Positions 28,033 through 43,024 of a stretch of 64,000 nt of DNA are shown in pieces. Both the position numbers and the translations under genes were made by a program. The notes under the pieces were generated by a model, which was not told the DNA's origin, made no database searches, and was given only the letters and a program-made list of their open reading frames with translations. The stretch is from the human T2T-CHM13v2.0 reference genome, Homo sapiens. The stretch lies in the NCBI RefSeq assembly GCF_009914755.1, contig NC_060937.1. One strand, given 5' to 3'. Positions within the stretch are counted from its first letter, which is position 1; each line of letters starts with the position of its first letter.

Positions 28033-28277
28033 AAAAGTACAAAATGGGAATTTAGTGGTGGTTTCATAAACATAAAATATTATATTTTGTTTTAAATACT
28101 ATTACTAAAGCATCAGCCAAAAAGATATCAGATTTTTAGAAGGCCATAGGAATTCATCATCCTGGACTGGGTTCTTCTTGTATGGTGGTACAACACCTGC
28201 TTTTTTTGTTTGTTTGTTTGTTTTTAATTTTCTGCTCTCTTTTTATCCCGTACATTCTAGTAGCTGGTGTGCACACT

Positions 28278-28278
28278 T

Positions 28279-28309
<31 letters not shown>

Positions 28310-28322
28310 GTCTCACATACAC
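28278..28322. repeat. (TC)n-rich simple repeat
   Basis: tctctctc...tgtctc run. Confidence 0.85.
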
Positions 28323-28989
28323 ATGCACTTTCTCATCCAATCCTCTCAATGTGTTTTCCTCCTCTCTACTGAGGCAAAAAGTATTCCGCCCACCGTGATT
28401 CAAGTTGTATATTAAGCAAACATAGTCCTGTCTTCTGTTACATTCCCAGTTCATGCCTTATTTCTTCAGGAGATTTTCATGATTTATGCTCAACAGTTTT
28501 GAGTTTATTCAGTTTCTTTAACTCCTATCTACATCATAATCTCATTGCATTCTTGAGATTATAAATATTTCTCTTGTGTCCATATTTGTCTATCTTATCT
28601 GTCCTATTGGATCATAAATCTAGAAGATATCCAATCGTTAACTCAGACAAGAAATAAATAGGTGCTAGAACCTTAGCACCTTTGGGTATTATATTTATAA
28701 AATATCAAAATAAATCATATTATTTTATTTAGGAATCTGTTATCTACAAGGAATAGAGGCACTTAAGCTCTCCTATGTGAGGATGTAATCAGGGATTTCA
28801 TGGGAATCTGAGGGGAGCTAAAGTGTAGCTGAGAACTGGAGGCCTCTTGGGGTATGGCATGCTCTCTCTCTATGTCACTCTCTCTGCATCTTTCTCTCTT
28901 GAGACTTTCTGTTTCTCTTTGCTTGTGTCATTTATTATCTTCTCTATGTCTGTATACTAGGCTGTCTTTATATGAAATTAAATTTGGCA

Positions 28990-29197
28990 GTGAAGCCACA
29001 GGGCCTGGCTTTTGATCTTGTGCTCCTAAGCTGTATGACCCTGGATGAGTTTCTTAATTCTTTTGTGCCTCTGTGTTCTCATCAGTAAAATGGTGGTAGG
29101 TGGGGACCTGTTAATAACAGTAATTTCTTCACAGGGTCAATAAATTAAGAATGTGAAGCACATAGTTAGTACCATATAAATGGTAGCTCTTATTACT
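28990..29197 (+). mobile_element. MIR
   Basis: agctgtatgaccctggatgagtttcttaat...gcctctgtgttctcatcagtaaaatgg...aaatggtagctcttattac. Confidence 0.7.
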
Positions 29198-30020
29198 TAC
29201 ATGTTTGATTTTTATTTCCTCATAACTTCAGCTTCCCTGTGGACCATCATGGTTCTCCTGATACTTTCTACAAGATGGCGCCGACCCTGCTGCTACTCAG
29301 TCCCACATTCTTAGGAGAGGAATTTCTTTGGCACAGTTCATCTTTTTAAGCTGGGTCACGTGGGTGTTGGTTTCTGGAAGGCCAGTGGATTGGTTGCCCT
29401 TTAGGGAAGTGCCTTCCTTTGGTACAATCCTGCTTGTCAGGGGTGGGAGGTGAAATCACCATGTGGCTGCTGTCTCTCATCAGGTGTGGTCAGGCAGTTT
29501 CCCAGTTTCCTACAGATGCTGGGATGGGCAGTTGGTGCCAAAAAAAAAAACATGTATTGGCCAAAGATGTCAGAGAATATAATGTGTTTAAGAAACATTG
29601 ATTTTTTTAAAAGTGAGTTTTCATACATGGAATTGCAATTTTCATTGACTTTAAAATCTTAAAGATATAATTCATGGATCTCTTCTTACTCTGACTATCA
29701 TTGTGCCATTAAATCTAGCAAAGACATGGCTCTGCAGCATTATGGAAAGAGCACAAAGTTGCAATTGGGTGATTTGGGTGAGTTCTAATTCCTGCTGTCA
29801 CCCACTGGTTAATCCTGGGTGATATATGAAAACTCACTGAGCATCACTTTCCCCGTCTGCAAACAGAGAAAGAAAATCCATCTCATAGATTATAAAATAT
29901 CAGTTCTTGTTATAAATATATTACTTTACAAGAAGTAGCTTCCCTGGACAGTATCTTTACTGTGTTGGCATGAGAAATCAGAAACTGAGTATGTCATGAT
30001 TATAATAGATAAAAAGCCTT

Positions 30021-30111
30021 GTTTTTTCTTTTTTGGAGATGGGGTCTGTCTGTGTTGCCTAGAGTGATCTTGAACTCTTAGGGATTACAGGCATGTGGCA
30101 CTTGGCCAGCT
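30021..30111 (-). mobile_element. FLAM/Alu monomer with internal deletion
   Basis: gagatggggtct...cttgaactctta|gggattacaggcatg; TSD taaaaagcctt at 30010-30020 and 30112-30122. Confidence 0.8.
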
Positions 30112-30694
30112 TAAAAAGCCTTTTTAATGTCTGTATTTGCCAGATTCAAAAGGCTTTCTCTATATACAGAGAAAAAATAATCAATGGTAGAATGAAAATG
30201 ACAATGAAGTATAAATGGTAATAAGAACAGCAGTTCAGTACTAAGCTGGAAATAATAAAATTCCAGCAATTTCTTAAAATCAGGGACTTAGGCTTCATAA
30301 AAGGGCAAATGAAATCCATTTGAAAGTTTGAATATATTAGGCTCAGGTAGAGCAGAACTTATTCATCTCAATTTTTTAAAATGTCAAAATTAACTTATTT
30401 TCTAATGTCCATATTGTATATTAATAGCTCAAGGATAGTTACACATAGGATTCTAATTGAAGGTCAGCTTGTACTACTTGGTTGACTACCTAAAGAGTGA
30501 GATTTTTTGAGGGATGCAGAACATCCTCTTCCCCCCAAATTCCTCCATTAGCCTGCTTAGCGCTGTATTATTGATCCTCCTTGAAAAGACAAATTTTAGC
30601 TAGGTTTAGGAGTTGTGTTTCTTGGCAGATGTTATCTGGTAACTAACGTCTGCCATTTTTATGTTGCAAATATTCCTAAGGGAGTGGGATATAT

Positions 30695-30875
30695 CTGTAG
30701 AACAGACTCACTTTGAGCCAAACTGCCTGCATTTGAACTCTAGCTCCACAATTTACTAGTTCTGTGGCTCACATTCTTATCTTTGAAGCGGGGATAATAA
30801 GGGCACCTCATAGTCATGTATTTCATAGGGTCAAATGAGCTAATAGATAAAGACTGTGTCAGCTCCTATTATGTT
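30695..30875 (+). mobile_element. MIR
   Basis: ctttgagccaaactgcctgcatttgaactctagctccac...gggataataa. Confidence 0.65.
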
Positions 30876-30912
30876 AATGAGATGAGATGAAAGATCTGGA
30901 GAATGGAATCAT

Positions 30913-30914
<2 letters not shown>

Positions 30915-30960
<46 letters not shown>
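30915..30960. repeat. (TG)23 microsatellite
   Basis: Uninterrupted TG run. Confidence 0.97.
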
Positions 30961-30963
<3 letters not shown>

Positions 30964-31605
30964 GGGCAGCCAAGGGGACATCATAAAGACATTAGAGCTA
31001 AGAACTGTTGAGTGTGCTAGAAAATAATACAAAGAGGCTACCCAGAAGGGTGGTGGGTATCAATTGTTAATTTACTTTTTTCACATTTTTGCAGAGAATC
31101 ATCTAACCAGTGATTAAAGCATCGTTACTCTGTCACTGTGGCTGCCAGAAAAAGATTAATGTAACCTTTCTCATTTTACGGTCCACGAACACTTTTCTTT
31201 TTCAGTAGGAGAGTTTCCTGGCTCCCTACCTACTTATTTTTCCCTTCAGTTCCACTCATTTATCACAACTCTTTGTACTAAGCAAGGAGTATCAAGATTG
31301 TTCAATGTCTATGTTATGTCTAGATAAGACAATTTGGTGACTGTGAAAAATATCTTAAAGAAATAATGGTGAAGGTAAATATGCTTCATTTTGAGAATGT
31401 TAGTGTTGCTGCTTAACTTGTGTGTTGCATTAAACAGAATGTTAAATGGCTGAAACTGATTAGCTAAAACCTGATTTTCCACAGATTCAGCCTCATTTCC
31501 ATCATTTTGTACATCAACAGCCACTGTGACCACTTAGTTAGTCAATGAAGCAACCAATATGTTATTTTTTAATTGATTATGACCTCTGTGAAGATGATGG
31601 TTCAG

Positions 31606-32386
<781 letters not shown>

Positions 32387-33614
32387 CTTGGGACTAGGTG
32401 ACTATCAGTCAACCTGCAAGACAGATACAATGCAACACGCACTTGAATGTTCATCTAAGAATTTCACAGCCATCTCTAATTGCTCAGTTTCTTTAAATGC
32501 AGTATTAACGGTTACAAAAGGGGCTCATTTACTTCAATCAGTGCATTCAAAGTTCAAGTAAAGAAGATGTAATTTTAGTGATCTGCTCGACTTCCTAAGC
32601 TCCTATTTGTTAAATTCTCATAGTGCATTCCCCAGATGCAGGCCTGACTGGAGGATTAACTCCATTCTGAGCTGGAAGACATTTAAGCAAGTAAATTTAG
32701 GTCTAGTATTTGGAGGCTCAGAATCAGGTCACTTAGTGGTTTTCCATCTCAGATCCTTTACTTGATGCTAAACTTTGACCTTTTTTTAAAAAAGCAAAAA
32801 ACCAAGCTCTTGCTTTGAGCTTCACTAAATAGGTTATTCAGTACCAAAGTTCTCATCATTTCTATGGGGTACAAGTGCCCTCATACTTTCTCTCAGGTCC
32901 TGTAACCGTCTGTCTCTGATGCCAGCCACATCTAGTTTTACATTCACCTGATTGTCCCGATACTGTCTCTGATGCTAAGACATCCATTTGCTACTCTCTG
33001 CTGAACCATTATGCTGTTCTGGGCTACTGGGCATTGCTTGGAGCTTTCTGAATTGCTTGTCCCACTGGGGTTTCTTTATCTTCTGGGTTTCCACTTCTCT
33101 ATTTCAGCCCGTTTCAGAAAGCTTCAAATGATACAGCTATGTCTTCACAACACCTAATGGTCCAGGAGAAAATAAGAGGTTCTGTGATTCATTCTAAGTC
33201 CTATTTGCATGATATAAATAACAACCAAAAGAAACTATATACTCGTGTACTAGTCATTCTAGAGACACAGTCCAGGATGGAATAGTTGGCGGCAGGGGCA
33301 CTCATCATGGCAGCTGCAGCTACAGATTAAATTTGGAGCTGATAGAGGCACAGAGTAAAGGGATTCCCCACAGGAACACACATGCACATGGTCAGAATTA
33401 ATCATCATGTAAATTAAAGTCAGGAACACTTAGGATTATTGGTCATAAAGTCCATGATGGGTAGCATCACCTCCCACAGTAAGCCAGAAATGCCTTCTAG
33501 GCTTGGAAATATCTTATAAAACAGGACCACAAACTTGCTTTTTACAAACATGCAAAAGAAAATTTGAAAATTTGAATATTTGTACTCTTTTCTTTCAGAA
33601 AAGGAACTATCAGG

Positions 33615-34165
<551 letters not shown>

Positions 34166-35947
34166 AAGAATAATACTAATGTAACTACAACTGAATTGCT
34201 GTCTTTAAAAGGGGGCAGATGGGGAATCACAGATCAAATAAAAAATATAGTGGGTTCCTTCATAGTGGAACCCAAAATGAAATGGAAAAATCATGATTCT
34301 TAGCACATTCTATCATTACGCTGTAATAAATTCCATTACTGTGGTGTTTATATTCTAGTTTTTTGAATGGTGAGAATTTGAGGGAATAAGCCAGGTTAAA
34401 AAAAGGGAACCGAAAGAGAAGTATGCTGGAATATTTGCATAATTATCACTCCACCTAAACGCCAATGCTAATCTGCAAAATTTCACTTTAGGCCTGTTGT
34501 GATTAATTTGATTTCGGGGACAACTGGCTGTTGCCCTACCTGCTTCAAGCTGGTAAAACCTGAAAAGCTTCAGGTCCCAAACGTTCATTTGGCAAAGGAG
34601 AGGGATGTAGTTCTTACCTGATATTTCAAACAAGAATCAGGTAAGGCTTTGTCACAGATTGGTCTGTGGACCAGTTGATTGGCACCATCCAGGAGCTGTA
34701 AGAAATGCAGAATCTTGCCCTTTGCCCCTGCTACCCCTGCCAATTTTAGCTTAATTAGAATCTGCTTTATGAAAAGATCCTCAAAAAGCATTGAGGTAAC
34801 ACATATTTGACATCATGTATTTCATTTGCATTTTAGATGTGGCTATGTCAGGGTAATGATCTCACTATCTGTTCCAACCAACTTGCTAAAAATCGCATGT
34901 TTCCTAATTCTGTCTTTACTGTTTCATTACTTTTGGTGTTTGTTCTGGGCTTTACTGAGAAAGTAAAACAGGCCATCACTGTTTAAGTTACTGCATCCCA
35001 TATATTGCTCCTAACCTTGGCTTAAATGCTCTTAATCTAGAAGGGCCGTTAAGCCCACAAGTTTTGGGTTCAGAGAGATGAAGTCCCATCTCTGCCAGTG
35101 TGAAAATTAGAGCAAATCAATTTTCTTATCTATAAAATTAGAGTAAATTCAGTTTATATCCAAAATGGGATTTAATCATATTAAATCATTAATATGATCT
35201 TTAATCATATTAATTAATTAATTAATTAAAGATCAATCTTTAATATGATCTTTCCCACTTAATTTTTCAATGTCTCCCATGCCCACTTCCATAGGGTCAG
35301 GTATGAGGCTTTCAGTCATCAGTCCATTTTCCAGGGTACCGTGACTGGCTAGTTCAGACTAGCCGATACGGGAGTCATCCAGAATTTATGCAATTTAAAC
35401 TTTTCTGTTGATTTTATTTAGTTGTTAGGGATGATTTCTGTTTCAAAGTGAGGAAAAAATCTTCCATTTTCCATTGGTCAAACCTTACTGACATTTATTC
35501 AACCAAAATTGAGTGCCCCCCTTGTGCTCAGCACTATCCTTGTGATAGGCAGACAGCATGCAGTAATGCAATAAAAGCTGCTATGCTCGCTCGTGGAGCT
35601 TACATTCTAGTAATACCTATATACACTGTTAAGTGTGTTTACAATATGTTGTTACATCTTTTTCTCTGTTTAAGGCAAATTTCTACAGGCCATGACTTGT
35701 TGCGTTTGTAACTATTAGTTGAGTATCTCAAACACAAAACCTGAAGATGAAAAGATAAAATGCTACCATTATTACTGTTGTTGTTGTTATTTTAATTCTA
35801 ATAACCCATAGAATTTATAAGAGCTATTAAGTTTTGAAACATGCAAATAGATAAAAAGCAAGCACAATGTTACTTTTTCAGAGTCATTACTATTACTCAG
35901 TGTTACTTTTTCAGAGTCTATTGCTATATAGAAAATTTTGAGGCACC

Positions 35948-36252
<305 letters not shown>

Positions 36253-36878
36253 AGAAAATTTAGAGGCACCAAACACCACTGAATTTGTAAACCCCCAGAT
36301 TTTGAAGACTCAGAAAGGACTAAGGACTAAGTTTATACTCATTCAGCCTTGCAAATAAATACCAAATTTACAGAGGTACTCAAAATAAATATGTTTTCAT
36401 TTTATAGTGACAGTGCACATAAGAAAAAAATTTACCCCTTTGTTTTTCTGTCCTAACAACGTCTGGCTCTAAACAATTCTATAACATACACATACAGGTA
36501 CACATTGAATATATACATTTTTAAATCAAGTATTATTTCAACAATGCTTTGAATAAATTTACAGGAACCCAGTGGGGTTTTTTCCTTTCAGTAAGACTAA
36601 TCCCTAGATTTGAAAATTGATTGAATTGAGGGGTATGACAAGTTCAAATTCAAACATTATCATCACCTCAATATTAAACTAACCATAAAAATATTCCATA
36701 TATAAAACATGATTAAAAATAATCACTGTCATAGTAGTTAGAAAATAAGGCTTCCTTCACCTGAAATTTTGTCCATTTGAAGAGGGAAGTGGACCACAGT
36801 AGGGAGGGTTGAAGACTGGAGACTCCCCAAAGAGCTCCCTGATATTTATTATCATCAGCAACAGAAATCCCAGAACAC

Positions 36879-37185
36879 GGCCGGGTGCAGTGGCTCACGC
36901 CTGTAATCCTAGTGCTTTGGGAGGCCGAGGCAGGCGGATCACAAGGTCAGGAGATCGAGACCATCCTGCCTAACGCGGTGAAACCCCATATCTACTAAGA
37001 ATACAAAAAATTAGCTGGGCGTGGTGGCGGGCGCCTGTAGTCCCAGCTACTCGGGAGGCTGAGGCAGGAGAATGGCGTGAACCCTGGGAGGCAGAGCTTG
37101 TAGTGAGCCGAGATCTCGCCACTGCACTCCAGCCTGGGCGACAGAGCGAGACTCCATCTCAAAAAACATAAAACAAACAAACAAA
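36879..37185 (+). mobile_element. AluY
   Basis: gagatcgagaccatcc, gagaatggcgtgaacc; perfect 16-bp TSD agaaatcccagaacac at 36863-36878 and 37186-37201. Confidence 0.95.
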
Positions 37186-37344
37186 AGAAATCCCAGAACA
37201 CTTTTTATTTATGAGAAGATGGCAATGAAATGTGTGTACTAAATTATAGTGCTTCTTTTTCTTCCATTTCTGAAAGCAGTGACATTCCTATTGGTGCACT
37301 TTAAAAAGGAAGCTAAAGTCAGAAGTGGATTGCTGCCTCCTGCT

Positions 37345-37518
37345 CTTTTTTTTATATTTTAACTTTTAGGTTCTGGGGTACATGTGCAGGTCTGTTATAT
37401 GTGTAAACTCATTACTTGAGGGTTTGGTGTACAGATTATTTTGTCACCCGTTACTAATCATAGTACCCAACTGCTTTTTGTTTGTTTGTTTTCTGAACCT
37501 CTCCCTCTTCCCACCCTC
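37345..37518 (-). mobile_element. L1PA15/16-like 3' end fragment
   Basis: ttttaggttctggggtacatgtgcagg...gggtttggtgtacagattattttgtcacc. Confidence 0.8.
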
Positions 37519-38323
37519 ATAACATTGAAAAATGTGTTCTTACATGTAATTGGGAAAGTAATTTCCTAAAAAGAATTTAATTAAGCCTTAAATAATAGGC
37601 TTCTGTCACCTGCATCCTTCTCAAAGCTGACTTACTGCTTCACTTTTTTTTTTTTTTCTGACTTAACCAAAGATAATGGACCTTTTGAGGTTCTGGCTGT
37701 AGGTTTGTTCCTGGTAAGTGGGCTTGAAGTATTGTGAGATCAAATCCAAAATGGTATTTTTTTAAACTAGGCTACCATGTGAATACCATTTCCCACCAAA
37801 AGTAACAGAAGAGTTCATGAACATGGAAAAAAAAAGTATTCTTTTAGCAGCTTGATACACAAGGCTTCATTATTTTTCTTACTTTGTTTCCCTCTAGTGC
37901 CCCAAAGTGAAAAGTGCATGGGTATTTTATATGGAGATGTCCAATTCAATTAATTTATTCATTAAAAAGAAATTGATTAGATTCATTCTTATTGTCCCTT
38001 TTAGAACTTGGGTACTACTGCTCCTTTTTAGGACATAAAGTCCTGAATCCCCTGTACTTCGCGATCCCACCAATACCGCTAAACACCTCTTCTTGGTCAT
38101 ACTCAGATTTCAGAACCAAGCAGATGATTGTGATTGTGTTTGTTTCCATGTCTTCTGCCTAGTTCTTATTTTTTTAAAAAATTTTTTTTGGCTTGGCGGG
38201 GGGTGGTCCTGAATTTAATAGGGCTACAAACTATAATCATAGGCAGGCATTAGGCTCAAGTTGGAACAATTTTTAACTAAAATGACTTAATATAATCACT
38301 TAATTTACTTTGTTATGCAATAA

Positions 38324-38618
<295 letters not shown>

Positions 38619-39942
38619 TAACTCATAGTAATTTTTAAGAAGGGGGAAATGCATAAAAAATGGACTACGTAGTCCATTTTTGACCTGGAGACATCATCCT
38701 TTGTCACATTTACAGTTACTCATGAGCATTTGTCTCTCCCCTAGTTTTAAAAAAGAGAACAATGATCAGGGCTTGCAACCACAGCAAGTGTTATTACCAG
38801 GGAGAATTATTATCTTGCTGATCATTCTAGGTGAGACTGCATATGCTTTGTGGTCACTGTGGGCTGGTGCTCTGGAGCAGTGATTCAGAGGCACTTACAA
38901 TTTCTTTTGGCAGAATGCCGGGTATACATAGCGAAATGATATTTTTATGGCTTTTCTAGGGTTTGATGATCTCACATTTCAGGCTGGACAACTTCCCATA
39001 GTGATAGACCTATTATTAATTAGAGAATGTACGTGTGACAACCAGTAAGGGATGCTTTTGTTTTTTTCTCAAAGAAGAAGGTACTCAATGGACCATCTGG
39101 GGAACACATGATGTACTGTGAGGTTGTCCCACCCTGATCTTTTGTGGTCTCAAATATGTGACCAGACGCCTTATATTCCATTCTTGACTGTTCTCCATCA
39201 GATAAGAATCAGGCAACACAGTAAAAACAGTGCTCTGATTTCAGGCAATAAGTTCTTTAATACCTTTTTAAAGCTCAAGGTAGAATTGTTGAGCTGCAAG
39301 TGACAGCCTGCTTATTTAGAGTTAGAACAGGAGAGATTGAGATGAAGTAAACCTGGATGGGATGCTTTCTTTGGCATGATTTTAAAGACACTTGGCAATA
39401 ATCTTCAAAGGAGGGTGTGTGTTTATCTTTCTTGGCATGGCTTTTGTTTTACTTCTGAAGCCCCACCTTTTCTTTCGGGTAATTTTTTTTCCCCAGTATG
39501 TCTGGCAACTGTGCTGAGGCTGCCCACAGTGCCAACTTTTCTGGGTAACTTAGGGAAAAAAATTGAATATGAATTTTTGCTGTCAAGTAGAAAAAGAATA
39601 TCCAAATGATTGCTTTGCAGTTGAGTGTTGCTTGCTATGTTGAGATGATCATAGAGCAATCTGAGAACTCCAAAATTTTGGTAACTTATTTATATAGAAC
39701 TCAGTGAAGTGAGCCTTTAAAACGAGAGAAAATATCAATGAACATTCTGTTTTACTTAAAAAAGTTATTCCAGTTCAATTACCATTACCACCAATTTCAT
39801 TTTTCAATGGAAATCATAAGTACTGAATGTAACGGTTTAGGATTTTAAGCTCTCATGTGGTTGTAGACCCAAAATTTAAGATAGAAATGTATAAGAAGGA
39901 CTAATTCTTAATCCAAAAATACAGTGGTCAAGTGAGTGAGTT

Positions 39943-39975
39943 ATTGCTTCCTGGCCTTTTGGCTAAGATCAAGTG
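39943..39975 (+). pseudogene. U2 snRNA 5' fragment (nt 1-33), tailless retropseudogene
   Basis: ATTGCTTCCTGGCCTTTTGGCTAAGATCAAGTG vs U2 ATCGCTTCTCGGCCTTTTGGCTAAGATCAAGTG (30/33); TSD aagtgagtgagtt/aagtgcgtgggtt. Confidence 0.9.
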
Positions 39976-40902
39976 AAGTGCGTGGGTTTTAAAGGCAGAC
40001 AATCTTTGAAAACATACTCTACTACTTACTAGCTGGAAGAACTCTATGAGGCTAAAGATTCCATAAAATTAAGGGTCTTTTCTTTCTTTTATGCCATTCT
40101 GCCTCTAGTATCTGGCAACTTGCCTGACACATAGTAAAAGCACAACTACAGAAGGTTTTTTCTTCCTGTGGATGAAAATTCTTTTCCAGTTAAGTGCTTT
40201 CACATAGAAAGATTGACCTTTTTCTCGTTTCTGAAGATCGGTTGGGTTCTGCCAAGAATCATATGCTTGAGAAGATGAAACATCACTTAGAAATCTGACA
40301 TCTTTGCTTCCTGTTTCCTATTATGCTGCTCATTGTTGAGAATGCCATTTAAATTGTTCCTGAACCCACTTCCTTATAGATTGGTTACATGAGGTTAGAA
40401 ATCACTTAACATTAAATGTTTTAACATTGAAATGAAGGAACTCTCAGCATTTAGAGACAAAAGAGGGCAGAGTCATTGAGGCTAAGGAAAAGAATTATAT
40501 TTTTCTGTTAAAACCTTCTGTTGTATGATATCTTCTACATTCTATGACCTATAATCATCAGGGAATTTTGTCACTGCCAAAATTAACTCAGATTTTATAA
40601 CCAAATTAAACTTTGAGAAGTCAGTTCTCAAAGTCTTCCATGATTGAATGATACTTGTGTGGAATGTAAATTGTACTCATTTGGAATATCTCGAATGGCT
40701 GCCTATCAGTTCACTTAATTTCCTCAACCTTACATGAGCAATTACCATGTGACTGGCCTGAGCTAGCATCAGGGGACTAGACATGAATATAGACATTTCA
40801 TATCTAAAAATTTATCCTGTAGTTTGCCATATTGACATGAAAACAAAGAAAATGTGACATAATGGAAGATGCATAAAATAATGGTGAATATCACAATGGG
40901 AG

Positions 40903-41410
40903 GTGTTCATAGACTGATAATTGCCCACCCAGTATTAATTCTTCTTCTCTTTCTTATAGCAGAAACCGGATTCTATACCAGGTGGCAAAATATCCAGCTG
41001 AAGGCCCCATTTTTCTATCCTCTCTTGTAGCTGCGTGTGACCATGGACTAAATTCTGGCTAATAATATGCAAATGAAAGTTTTTGGGTTGAATTTGGGGA
41101 AAAGTTCCCTTAGCTTGGGGAGAAATGACTGGGGCTTGCTAGCTGGAATGTGGACGTGATGTGGTTGTAGAATGCGGATGTGTTGGCTGTAGCTCTAGCA
41201 GACACCCTGAAGCATGATGTGATCTTAAGCATGGAAGTCATGTACAAAGGATGTCAGGGAACAAAGATAGAAGGACCCTGGGCACTGATTACTGAGCAGA
41301 ACCCTGGATTGACTCTCCCTCAAGTTGGGTGTAGAAATGCATTTCTGTCTAGTTTAAGTCACTGCTACTTTCACTCTGTTACTAAGGTATAAATGCAATT
41401 TCAGATGACA
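40903..41410 (+). mobile_element. MLT1I/J-like MaLR LTR
   Basis: cctctcttgtagctgcgtgtgaccatggactaaattctggctaat...gtttaagtcactgct. Confidence 0.6.
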
Positions 41411-41585
41411 TGAAAGGTATATTAAGAGTTTCTTTTTAGAGAAAAGTGTTGCCAAAGGTATTCATAGAGGAAATAATGCTTTGGCAGATTATTTTAAAGG
41501 ACAAACAGGAGGAGTTGTCCAGGTTACAGGAGAGAGATGAGGAATCCATGGAAGAATATTTGGTGTTACTGCATATGTCATTAGA

Positions 41586-41903
41586 ATTATTATTATTATT
41601 ATTATTATTTTTTTTTGAGACAAGGGCTCACTCTGTTGCCCTGGCTGGAGTGCAGTGGCATAATGTTGGCTCACTGCAGCCTCGATCTCCCAGGCTCAAG
41701 TGATCCTCCTACTTCAGCCTCCTGAGTAGCAGGGACCACAAGCATGCATCATAATGTCCAGGTGTTTTTAAAAAATTATTTCTTGTAGGGACAGGGTCTC
41801 ACCCTGTTGCCCAGGCTGGTCTCAAATTCCTGGGCTCAAGTGATCCACCTGCCTCAGGCTCCAAAAGTGCTGGGATTACAGGCATGAGCTACTGCACCCA
41901 GTC
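41586..41903 (-). mobile_element. AluJ
   Basis: (ATT)n tail, cactgcagcctcgatctcccaggctcaagtgatcctcc. Confidence 0.92.
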
Positions 41904-42354
41904 TGATTTTTAATTTGAATTTTTTATTTGGAAATAACTGCATACTTAGAAAAATGTTGCAAGAATGAGAATAACACTAAGAACATCTCTTATACCCTTT
42001 ACTCAGGTTCATCTATTGTCATCATTTTATGTCATTTGTTTGTAATTTGCTGTCTTGACTCTTCACGATTTACCATTATTTTACCAATATAAATTGTACA
42101 AATCATGGCTTTTTACCCCAGTATCACTTTACCCTAAAATATTTTACTGTGCATTTCCTAATAATAGAGATATTCTCTTTCTTTTTTGGGGGGTGAGGGG
42201 GTTTATGGAAAAGTCAAGTTCTAACAAAAATACAATGAAAGTTTTTCATCCAAAGTCCTAAGGAGTACCAAAGTAGAATTGAAGGCAAAACACCCATACT
42301 AAACACAACTAATCTTACATAGAACATGTTATTCATTCTAATAAAAACCATTCT

Positions 42355-43024
<670 letters not shown>

